A DNA stretch of 63,991 bases, the filler included, from Octopus bimaculoides (Eukaryota): the NCBI RefSeq assembly GCF_001194135.2. It is 4 parts of 4 records of this genome, joined end to end, with 100 filler letters (N's around TTAATTAATTAA, not from the genome) between each part and the next. Parts side by side here need not be neighbours in the genome. Positions count along the whole stretch, not along the records: positions 42,482 to 58,965 come from NC_068988.1; positions 59,066 to 63,991 come from NC_068991.1; 2 more parts are not named here. One strand, given 5' to 3'. This document shows, piece by piece, positions 53,890-63,991 of this stretch. Under the pieces are notes generated by a model, which was given only the letters and a program-made list of their open reading frames with translations, was not told the DNA's origin and searched no databases. Every line of letters starts with the position of its first letter. Position 1 is the first letter of the stretch. A program made the position numbers and the translations under genes.

Positions 53890-54065
53890 TCTGTTATCAA
53901 GTTGTCGATTTGGGTGTTCGTCTTGTGGTCATAAGGCTATGCGTTCGATTCCTGGACCGTGCAGTGCATTGTTTCTTTGAGCAAGACACTTCATTTCTCC
54001 TTACTCTAGTCTACTCTGTTTTAAATAAGTACCATCCGAGTGTTGGTAGAATCCTATCTCTCGCT
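53890..54065 (+). mobile_element. Degenerate tRNA-derived SINE of a different family
   Basis: B box GCGTTCGATTCC, then ctttgagcaagacacttcatttc...aaataagtacc. Confidence 0.6.
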
Positions 54066-54934
54066 AGCTGTCACATCCTGGATGTGCCGCTGGTTCAAAT
54101 ATGAAAAAAAAAACCCCAAAAACGAGAGAATTTCTATGTCTATATATGGCTGCATAAGCACCTTAAATATCATAGAAAGCATGGTACATTTTATTAATCC
54201 ATACTTTCACGTGACTGGCAGCTGGCAGTACTGTACGTCATCAACACGTAGAAAATTGTTCCAAACTTAGAATAATGGTTAAAAGACCAAAACTCTAAAG
54301 CCAAATAAAAAACGAAAGAAACGTTGTTTAATCAATAAACGAGAAGTTAGAACTTTTGTGCCAGCTTAGAAAGGGGGAGTATTTCGCAAAATGTAGGAAA
54401 GAAATTTTTAGGAAGCTGATACCTAGTAGCAAAGGGCGTTTGGGAGTCACTGGTCCGGAGCCAGGACCTAAAATGTGGAAGAAGAAAAGAAAAACACGTG
54501 AAAGGTTTATGAATTGATTCGATGGCTCAGTTTGTAATTAATAATGGTTTCTTGCCATAATACTTTTTATTTGTTTGATCTGGAGGAAGAGGTCAGCATC
54601 ATGGCCTCCACAGCAACACGAAGACTGGACTGGAGATCGTTAATAAGAGAGAGTGAGAGAGAGAAAGAGAGATAGAGACACACACACACACGCAGAGGAG
54701 GAGAGTGTGTGTGTGTGGGCGAGATTGAAGATTGATGGAGAAGGTTGCTTTTTTAATGGCTGACCTCATCACAGTTGACAATTGGGAATGACTGCAAAAG
54801 GCCGATAGGGTAGTTAGTAGGGTCTTGGGACACACAACAGAGATTGAATTGCCTGGCTTATATATCTACTACAGAGGTTACATATATTATCATATCATCC
54901 CCAGATGCTTTGTGGATTGGGATCTCCGTCGACA

Positions 54935-55110
54935 GACTGCTGATCTTAAATAAAGTTCGAAACACGAATAGTATGCAAATGAGTAGACCCAGTTTTCTGT
55001 AGCTACTGAGTTTGTTGAGTATATGAACTCATTGGTTGTTTGATTCTCCGGCATTGGTCAAAATGATTTAGACGCTTCTGATGAGAACCCAATAAAGTTC
55101 GAAAACTGAT
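54935..55110 (+). ncRNA. Two tandem degenerate hammerhead-like motifs about 140 bp apart
   Basis: CTGATGA-GAAC-ccaataaa-GTTC-GAAA at 55078-55104 and the decayed copy CTGAT..taaataaa-GTTC-GAAAC at about 54940-54963. Confidence 0.45.
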
Positions 55111-55699
55111 TCAAGGCTCTCATCATTTTATTTTTTTCATTCTACGCATGTATTTATCGAGAGAGAAAAAGACATTGAGAAGTGGGTTTGATGAGGGTAA
55201 AGAGGAGCTCTGGGGCACATTGAAGGTTATGAAAGAAGTGACATTTCAAAACGATCGTCCTCATTGGTTTGAAACAAGCAAAACGCATTTTGTGCGAGTG
55301 TGATGAAAGTTTTGCAAAATACTCATCTGGTGTTTGCAACATTGTGTTGGAAGCAAAACGAACAGCAATTGTGGAGGGCTTTCTCCGCATGTGCAAAATT
55401 TGAGGAACTATCATCGTTGTGAAAGGGACATAATTAGAAAGTAAGGGACATGTACGTACCCTCGAGGGATAAGAAAAGGTATATGCCATAAAATGGATGC
55501 CATAAAGAAACGCCTCGGCCTAATTATGATATTCTTAAAAGACACAGGGATGGATTTTGGCCAGAATAAATATTTTTAGATGATTGTAAAACAAGGAAGA
55601 ACGAAACGACCATCTGACGTCTAATAATTATGAATGACGTCAGCATTTCCCTAATTTATGACGACCAATGCCACTTGTGCTTAGGAGTTGATGGAAATG

Positions 55700-55990
55700 T
55701 TTTATATGGAGAGGACTGGTAGGAAAGAGTGTGTAACCAGAGAATATCTAGCCAGGATAAACAAAATAAGGTTCTCGGAACTTTCCACATCCAAAATCAA
55801 TACGTTAGAATGTTCATTGTACCAGTGTTCGTACAAACATTTGAGTTACGCGATCGGATGCGAGATGAGATCCAGGTTATTGATGTTAAGATCAGAAAAC
55901 TGTTAACTCCTACTTGGCATTTTCACATTCATGGAGATGCAGGTCGCTTTTATTTAAAAGGATGCAAAGGTTTAGCATTGATCTAAACAG
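55700..55990 (+). mobile_element. RLE LINE fragment (RT thumb region)
   Basis: ORF 55729-55986 NKVL..FIVPVFVQTF..EIQVIDVKIRKLLTPTWHFHIHGDAGRFYLKGCKG resembles the D.K.RK.LT...FH...D..RLY..R..GG motif. Confidence 0.65.
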
Positions 55991-56077
55991 CCTTTAAATG
56001 TGGCATCATATCCCTCCGGTAACATCTATCGACCACCAATCGTCCAAGTCCTGCCCATGGATCACGTCTGCATATAT

Positions 56078-56121
<44 letters not shown>

Positions 56122-56814
56122 CACACACACACACACACACGCGCACGCACACACAAGTCTACTTTGTTTGATGTTGTCTAAATTCTAATGAAATAGTCTT
56201 GTTATTAGGTTAGAAACCGATTCTTTTTCCATTTGTGAGAAATTGAGAAAATAAAACCACCAACAAACATACATAAACAATGAAAGAACGCCAGATAACA
56301 CGTATTCTTCGAAGTTAATCTTTCAGTGGAACAGTGTAAATATGTTATCTAAATTGCAAAGACAGGGCTTTGTTTCTTAGTTATAAACTAATCCATTCTT
56401 TAAAGGAATTACCATTATTTATGGAACTCATCCTAACATTCAATCCAAATACACTTCTCAAATGCCTCTCTGACACACGCCATCGCCAATTCCAACATTG
56501 GTGATTCTCAGTTTTGTGTTGTTTCAATTGACACAACGACAGCACACGGTCCTTCAAGGAGCATTCAACCAAAACTAATGTTGAATTCCTCGTTCATTCT
56601 TGGATTAAGAACATAATTACATGAAATCTCTCCACCAAAGTTAAAAGTCATTAGAAAGTGACATGGACATAATATCAAGGTAGTTAATTAAAAAAAAAAT
56701 CACTAGTATACATGTATATAAATATACACGTACATACATACATACATACATGCACACATAAGTATGTTTATGTATCAATCTATCTGCGCGCACACACACA
56801 CACACATACACACA

Positions 56815-56970
56815 TGACAGCTGGTTGGCAAAATCATTAACACGTTGGTTAGATAGCTTCGCGGCTATTGTTCAGGCTCTCTATACTGAGTTCAAATCCC
56901 GCTGAGGTGAAATTTGCCATTCCATCCTTTCAAGGACAAAATTAAAGCACAAACCTTGTACAGGTGTCAA
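56815..56970 (+). mobile_element. Degenerate SINE (gttagc family)
   Basis: ctgagttcaaatcccgctgaggtgaaatttgccattccatcctttc. Confidence 0.65.
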
Positions 56971-56975
56971 TTATT

Positions 56976-57011
<36 letters not shown>

Positions 57012-57353
57012 TAAGAAATCCCATGCAATCAGATTTGGAGAGAAACAGACACCGCCAGTTCTTATAGAACTACGATTCCAAGGAGGTAAGGAATCATGTC
57101 GTTACATAAACACAACACCCCGACACACACACACGCACGCACGCACGCACACCCACATACACGTGTGTATGCATGTATGTGTGTATGTTTGTATGTATGT
57201 ATGTATGTTTGTATGTATGCACGTATGTGTGCATGCGTGTATGTATGCATGCATGTATGTATGTATGTATTTATGTATGTATGTATGTATGCATGTATGT
57301 GAGTATATATGTATGAATACATAAATTGTATGTATGTGTGCATGCATGTATGT

Positions 57354-57613
57354 ATGCATGTATGTATGAATGCATGAATAGTATGTATTATGCATGTATG
57401 TATGCATGTATGTGTGCATGCATGTATGTATGTATAAAATGGTAGATATGCACCAATAGGCTTAGAATATTATATCATNNNNNNNNNNATGCATGTATGT
57501 ATGAATGCATGAATAGTATGTATTATGCATGTATGTATGCATGTATGTGTGCATGCATGTATGTATGTATAAAATGGTAGATATGCACCAATAGGCTTAG
57601 AATATTATATCAT
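57354..57613. other. Identical 125-bp duplication flanking a 10-N gap (assembly overlap artefact)
   Basis: 57354-57478 equals 57489-57613, separated only by Ns. Confidence 0.9.
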
Positions 57614-57675
57614 ACCTGGTTTGCGTTCTCCAACACACGCTATTATATATATACATACATATATATATACACACG

Positions 57676-57709
<34 letters not shown>

Positions 57710-57942
57710 TATTACATACATACATACATACACACGCGCGCGCGCACACACACTCACACACTCACACACACACACACATATATGGACATATAACCAGCGA
57801 TACACACATGCGTCAACTGTGTTCCAACTGATATAGTAACTTTATTTGCTAAAGATGACTAACTTCTTACAACGGAGAATTTCGTCTTAAAACTTTATAT
57901 ATTTCTATTTCTATACACGCAATAAAGTGTAATATCCATCCA

Positions 57943-57988
<46 letters not shown>

Positions 57989-58017
57989 CACGGGTAGGTA
58001 TATATGTATTTACATGG

Positions 58018-58060
<43 letters not shown>

Positions 58061-58709
58061 GAACTATCTTTCTATCTATCTTCGTCGGGAATAGTCTGTG
58101 TCCCTGCGTGAATGTGAGCAAGTACGTCTCTCCACAGCAACACTTTGGCAGTTTTCCAATGATATCAAATATTCCACTGACAAATTATGGTCAGGATACA
58201 AAAAGAATTTTTTTCATATTTTACAAACACTTTACAATAAACTCAATAAAACCTGACAAAGAAGAGAAAGCATTATTCATACTTTGCTGTTTAGATTTTG
58301 TCTTACACCTTGAGGTATTCGTCTATGTTATTATAATTGTACTGTATATTTATATTGCCCTGGAGGCTAATAAATAAATACGAATATAATTAGTCGTTGT
58401 TGTCGTTGTTGTTGTTGTTGTTGTTGGCCGAATCAACGAAGAACAGAGGTTTGTCATTTGATGTATTGAGTTACATCAGCAGAGATTCTGAGTTGAAACT
58501 AGAGAACTGTGATTGCGCACAAGTAACACTTCTTTGACGATTAGAAATGGGGCAATTGGGCGCAGCTGTTTCGTACGGCGGATGTCTGGACGCACGCCCT
58601 GGTTTGGCGACGGTACTTTTTAACATTGGAGGTAGGCACACGCTCACACACAGACATACACGAACGCAGGGTTCATGTTAGTACGACTTTTTTGCTCTGT
58701 CAACTCCAT

Positions 58710-58965
58710 ATTATTATCATTATTATTATTATTATTATTATTATTTTATGTTTGACTTTTGTTTTGCATTTGTACAAGTTGGATCCAAGTCTCACCCAGA
58801 GACCTCAAGAGACAACAAGTTAGAAGTTCATGTAGGTGTTATGCCTAGGGTACCATATATTTGGATTTGTACAGTTTTGTTCAAGTGAATGTTTAAGAAA
58901 CCATAAGAAAATTATGTGTTTGCTTTAAAATTTGAGATCACATAGACAGTATTTTACGTAGGATA
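58710..58965 (-). mobile_element. 3' end of an RLE LINE with an (AAT)n tail
   Basis: Minus strand ILRKILSM* followed by a 3' UTR ending ..caaaagtcaaacataaaataataataat; truncated by the gap. Confidence 0.65.
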
Positions 58966-59157
58966 NNNNNNNNNNNNNNNNNNNNNNNNNNNNNNNNNNN
59001 NNNNNNNNNTTAATTAATTAANNNNNNNNNNNNNNNNNNNNNNNNNNNNNNNNNNNNNNNNNNNNATATAAAAATGTGTGTATGTATATATGTATGTGTG
59101 GCTTTTTTTCTGTGTGTGAGAGTAGTTGTGTGTGTATGTATGTGTGTCTGTGTGCGT

Positions 59158-59200
<43 letters not shown>

Positions 59201-59530
59201 TTGTGTGTGTGTTTGTACAGCACGTAAGTATGAAGACACTTTGAAACAAATACATATAGATACATTCAGGCAATTACACATAACCGTGCATACACAACCC
59301 GATCTTAACTCTACCCGAGTCTTTAGTAGCTGCGTGACATTATAAACTTCCACAGGAAATACTTGGGCCAGGACTGATGGCTCAGTAGACACAATGAATA
59401 ATCAATCGAGAGGACAGAATTTCGTATCTTAAGTCTCTAAGAACTGCTTCCCCACCTCTGTGGCAAAGTTACCCCATTCTCAAGTTACCCCAGTACACCG
59501 CGCCGTAAAGAAGTACGACAATGTAGGAAT

Positions 59531-59695
59531 ACAGTTCTATATTTAAGAGATGAGGAATTATGTACATTATTTACTTTATTCACATTTGATGGATATTTGT
59601 CCTCATCTTGTTTGTTGTTAACACAACGTTTCAGCTGATATACCCTCCAGCCTTCATCAGGTGTCTTGGGGGAAATTTCAAACCTGGCTTCTCAT
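59531..59695 (-). mobile_element. Inverted 5'-truncated tail copy of the tRNA-HHR element
   Basis: Reverse complement of the tail, with an intact HHR at 59620-59665 and the terminal ..cctcatctcttaaatatagaactgt. Confidence 0.85.
59620..59665 (-). ncRNA. Minimal type I hammerhead ribozyme motif with intact core
   Basis: GACAC-CTGATGA-A-GGCTG-gagggtatat-CAGCT-GAAAC-GTT-GTGTT. Confidence 0.7.
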
Positions 59696-59696
59696 A

Positions 59697-59785
59697 TGAC
59701 CACGGGCATATGGCGTAGTGGTTAAGAGCGCGGGTCACTAACCCCAAGATTCCGAGTTCGATTCCATGCAGTGACCTGAATGATG

Positions 59786-59850
<65 letters not shown>

Positions 59851-60057
59851 AATAATAATAATGATAATGATGATGATGATGATGATGATGATAATAATAA
59901 TAATAATAATAATAACATCGAAAAATACCTTAGGAATGAGAACCCAGGTTCGAAATTTCCCCAAGACACATGAAGAAAGCTGGAGGGTGTATCAGCCGAA
60001 ACGTTGTGTTAACAACAAACAAGATGAGGACAAATATCCGTCGAATGTAAATAATGT
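59697..60057 (+). mobile_element. tRNA-headed HHR element, plus-strand copy with mutated HHR core
   Basis: A box TGGCGTAGTGG, B box GAGTTCGATTCC, (AAT/GAT)n spacer, then GACAC-ATGAAGA-A-AGCTG..CAGCC-GAAAC-GTT-GTGTT at 59965-60010. Confidence 0.85.
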
Positions 60058-60451
60058 AATGTAGGAATAATTCACTGCTCTGTGCAAAGTCTTAAGCGGA
60101 AAATTATGAGAATGTATCAGGGATTCACTAAGTTGAGGTAATTTTAGATACACATTCTAAAGAAGGAGATTTCGATATAACTGGGCTAACTGGTAGAAAG
60201 AACAACCAAGTACCATCAAAACACAACCTGATGCAGCAAAAGGTGAAAAGGACATTACAGGAAGGTCAAACAATTTACAAAAAGCAGCAACGAGATGTCT
60301 CTTAAATCGCCACCTACAATCTTGAATAGTGAAAGGAAGCATCGGATGTTTTATATACGCCATGCACGAATGAAAGAAGAGAAGGTCATGGCTGGAGAAA
60401 CCTTTGTTGACAGGTCCTGCTTGGTGATTGTTGATGTTGTATTAAAGAAGA

Positions 60452-60843
60452 GGAGGCGCAATGGCCCAGTGGATAGGGCAGCGGACTCGCGGTCATAGGA
60501 TCGCGGTTTCGATTCCCAGACCGGGCGTTGTGAGTGTTTATTGAGCGAAAAACACCTAAAGCTCCACGAGGCTCCGGCAGGGGATGGTGTCGAACCCTGC
60601 TGTACTCTTCCGCCACAACTTTCTCTCACTCGTTCTTCCTGTTTCTGTGGCGCCTGTACTTCAAAGGGCCAGCCATGTCACACTGTCTCACGCTGAATAT
60701 CCCCGAGAACTACGTTAAGGGTACACGTTTCTGTGGAGTGCTCAGCCACTTGCACGTTAATTTCACGAGCAAGCTGTTCCGTTGATCGGATCAACTGGAA
60801 CCATGGTCGTCGTAAGCGACGGAGTGCCAACAACAACAACAAC
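60452..60843 (+). mobile_element. Full-length tRNA-derived SINE with (AAC)n tail and 11-bp TSD
   Basis: A box TGGCCCAGTGG, B box GGTTTCGATTCC, TSD attaaagaaga at 60441-60451 and 60844-60854. Confidence 0.9.
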
Positions 60844-61009
60844 ATTAAAGAAGAACAATAATTAGAATTCTACGAAGTAAACTCTATTGTATGTATTGAG
60901 AATCATCAGAATCTTCGTGTTTGGAGGTTGTCCAACACATATCCCAGCCCCTTTCTTCCCACCTTCTTGTTCATCTTCCCCGTCTCCGCCACTTACCCCA
61001 CCCCGACTC

Positions 61010-61238
61010 CCCCCTCTTCCACGACGTCGTCGTATCATCATCTTCGTCATCACCATGATCATGATCATCATCATCATGATCATCATAATCATCATCGTCA
61101 TCATTGTCGTCGTCGTCGTCGTCATCGTCATCATCATCATCATCATCATCACGATCAGCATCATCATCGTCGTCGTCGTCGTCTTCATCATCATGATCAT
61201 TGTCGTCCGCGTCGTCGTCGTCATCGTCGTCATCGTCG

Positions 61239-61273
<35 letters not shown>

Positions 61274-61323
61274 GATATCATCACCTTTATCATTATTAAC
61301 ATCTCCACCATCACTTGTTGCTG

Positions 61324-61375
<52 letters not shown>

Positions 61376-61380
61376 AGCTG
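61010..61380 (+). repeat. Compound (CAT/CGT)n and (CTA)n array
   Basis: Read directly from the sequence. Confidence 0.95.
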
Positions 61381-61891
61381 CTGCAGTGATCCTTGAGGAA
61401 TAAGTTTCAACATCCTGTATACATTTTCTACAGTTAGTTCTGGCATGCAACTCGCCGGTCGATCTTCGCCGTGTGAATGGTTTTACTGTTTTGATATCGG
61501 ATTTATTTCTGCCAAGGCCAAGCAGCTTGTTCAATTTACATCGCCATCTATTGAGAACTTAGAGGAAAAGGTCGATAAGATTCCCTCGACAGGAAGGTCA
61601 TGTTTTGTACCAGTATTCGACTACCGATTCATTTCCTGCTTTCCTGTCCTGAAGAATTTCTGCGCATGTATGTATGTATATATGTATGTATGTATATATG
61701 TATGTGAGTGTGTGTGCATGTATGTATATATGTATGCATGTATATATGTATGTGAGTGTGTATGTATGTATGTATGTATGTATGTATGTATGTTGTGTAT
61801 CTATGAATATATGTATGTACGTATATGTATGTATATATGTATATCTGTAAGTATGGGTGTATATAGGTATATATGCGAGTGTGTATATATG

Positions 61892-61927
<36 letters not shown>

Positions 61928-62010
61928 TGTATGTATGTGTGTGTCTATTTTCATATGTAAGCATGTATGTATGTGTATATATGTGTGTGTGTGTGTGTGT
62001 ACACATAAAT

Positions 62011-62100
62011 GAGGGTGTGCTGAAAAGTTCCTGGTTTTAAGGTTTGCACGAAATGTTTTGTTGGAGGCCCAACCTTCCGAGTTCTTTTACAGGGCCTATA
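62011..62100 (+). mobile_element. Possible mariner-type terminal fragment
   Basis: gagggtgtgctgaaaagttcctgg resembles mariner TIR starts. No partner end was found. Confidence 0.35.
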
Positions 62101-62104
62101 CAGA

Positions 62105-62345
62105 ACAGATGACGAGCTTCTATCAGTTTCCGTCTATCAAATCCACTCACAGTACTTTGGTTGGCTCAAGGATATAGTAGTAAAGACTTGCCCAAGGTGC
62201 CACGCTGTGGGACTGAACTCAAAGCCATGTGGTTGAGAAACAATCTTCTTACCACACAGCCACACCTGGATCGTTTTTCTTTTATCGACACCGAATGAAT
62301 GAAAACCAAATTCGACCTCGGTGGGATTAGAACCCAGAGCACAGA
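62105..62345 (-). mobile_element. Two abutting minus-strand SINE pieces
   Basis: agacttgcccaaggtgccacgctgtgggactgaactc..cttaccacacagccac (ggcgcagg family), then ttcgacctcggtgggattagaac (gttagc family). Confidence 0.8.
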
Positions 62346-62864
62346 AAGTTGTTGGGAAATAAATACCACGAAGCATTGTCATCAACACTTTAAGGTGTTT
62401 ACCAATTTTCAGAAGACATCACAAATGAGAGAGCCTTCACAACCGAAAGACACTTATCTTATATTTCAGAGTCTGTGTATTCCTGAGTTTCGTTTATTCG
62501 TATCATAATTTACGCTGCTGATCGTGGGAAAGAGACGAAAACTGTAACAGACCGACCGTTTCTACATCCCTAAAACGTCATGAATTCATGTCAATAAAGA
62601 AACCGATATATCTTGTGGGTGGGTAGATTATAGGTCGTATCAAATGAAGGGGATATTACTACATATTTCTGTCTTTGATGTAAGCCATGTCTTAGGGAAT
62701 CCTATGACGAACCTCCTGTTTTGCCCACGTTTATGCGCGTGAATGTTGGACGCATATTTCAGTAAATGATAGCATGTTGATTATGCATGTATTTTGAGAT
62801 TACAGCAACGAGTTCACGGCGTTACTCTCTCTTTTACACATGTCTAAAGAAAAACTTGTCACAT

Positions 62865-62865
62865 G

Positions 62866-62926
<61 letters not shown>

Positions 62927-63074
62927 TTACCTACCTACCTACCTACCTACCTACCTACCTACCTACCTACCTACCTTCCTGTCTGTCTGTCTACCTGTCT
63001 GTCTACCTGTCTGTCTACCTGTCTGTCTACCTGTCTGTCTGTCTGTCTGTCTGTCTACCTGTTTACCTGTCTGT

Positions 63075-63130
<56 letters not shown>
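62865..63130 (+). repeat. Compound tetranucleotide array (CTAT)n-(CTAC)n-(CTGT/CTAC)n-(CTAT)n
   Basis: Read directly from the sequence. Confidence 0.95.
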
Positions 63131-63134
<4 letters not shown>

Positions 63135-63456
63135 TTTTTTCCCGCGATCCCTTTTGATCGAAATTATCCGCCCCCCAAGAAAAGCTCTACTTTGTAATTT
63201 GTCCATTTTCTGTATTTAGCCCTGTGTGGCTATAATAAAAAGATATCTATCTATAGGTGTTTATATGTGTGTTTATATATGTGTGTTTATATATATGTAT
63301 TAATATGTTTATGTCTGTGGTTTCTATCTATATTACAATATCTATCTGCGAGTGTGTGTATCTATATTCTAAACATATGCGTCAGTACACACACGTGTAC
63401 ACACACGTGTACACACACACGTGTACACACGCACGTACTCACACACACACATATTA

Positions 63457-63620
63457 AATAAGTAACAAGGATGTCCATGTATTAATGCACTACGTCCGTT
63501 TCAAGCAGCTCCATTTAATCGGTCAATGAAAATATTACATCAATTTGAAAGACACCGCTCTCTTCATTTGCAGACAACATTATAGATTTCCAATATAACG
63601 GATAATCCATTTTTTAGCAA
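63457..63620 (-). mobile_element. Fourth copy of the long-helix-II HHR terminus (HHR motif at 63486-63572)
   Basis: Minus strand TGCAA-ATGAAGA-GAGC...GCTT-GAAAC-GGAC-GTA-GTGCA, with a substituted core. Confidence 0.65.
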
Positions 63621-63793
63621 AATTTACATCAGTACTAGAAAACAAGACACTTACATTGATTTTCTATGTTTATGGCAAAATGAACATAGGGAAAAACCTT
63701 AAAGCCTACTATAATTTAGAGAGTAGCAGAGGGGAACAGTCGGCGTCAAGAAAAAGAAGTGGTGAGATAGTTAATTTATATATATTTAAAATA

Positions 63794-63932
63794 GGCGAGG
63801 AGTGGCTGTGTGGTAAGTAGCTTGCTTACGAACCACATTGTTCCGGGTTCAGTCCCACTGCGTGGCACCTTGGGCAAAGCCTTGTGAGTGAATTTGGTAG
63901 ACGAAAACTAAAAGAAGCCCGTCGTATATATG

Positions 63933-63977
<45 letters not shown>

Positions 63978-63991
63978 CTATGTTTGTCCCT
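63794..63991 (+). mobile_element. SINE (ggcgcaggagtggc family) with an internal deletion, running off the window end
   Basis: ggcgaggagtggctgtgtggtaagtagcttgcttacgaaccac...ttgggcaaagccttgtg lacks the gtgtcttctactatagcctcgggccgacc segment present near 24890. Confidence 0.85.

Noticed and set aside
55150-55450. LWRAFSA resembling the Tc1 VWGAFS motif
   Set aside because: A single short motif with no TIR and no continuous frame.
57354-57613. Exact 125-bp tandem duplication
   Set aside because: The copies are identical and separated only by a 10-N gap, which indicates unmerged overlapping contig ends.
59697-59775. Possible tRNA gene (also the heads at 2370, 27420-27490 and 60452)
   Set aside because: The acceptor stem is not properly formed and each head continues into a repeated body, so these are SINE heads.

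Overview
Eukaryotic, AT-rich, repeat-dominated genomic DNA with 17 N-gaps totalling about 6 kb. I found no supportable host protein-coding gene, rRNA, true tRNA or CRISPR array. The SINE families and microsatellite load look like an octopus (coleoid cephalopod) draft assembly; that assignment is inference. Nearly all listed ORFs are microsatellite or N-gap artefacts. The real content is: (i) many tRNA-derived SINE copies; (ii) decayed LINE fragments (CR1-type RT, an RTE/Rex3-like copy with a (GGAT)n tail, and six pieces of restriction-like-endonuclease LINEs, two ending in (TAA)n); (iii) Tc1/mariner remnants, including a 1188-bp mariner with TIRs and TA flanks; (iv) long compound microsatellites. 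The most interesting signal is a set of hammerhead-ribozyme (HHR) motifs in several unrelated short repeat families, repeatedly in inverted-terminal arrangements like those of Penelope-like elements (PLEs). One family joins a tRNA-like Pol III head, an (AAT)n spacer and a minimal type I HHR tail (27169-27494; 59531-60057). At 59.5-60.1 kb it sits as an inverted pair inside one 12-bp target-site duplication, so it is a candidate ribozyme-bearing, PLE-mobilised SINE. Novelty and catalytic activity are untested. Coordinates of decayed elements are approximate.
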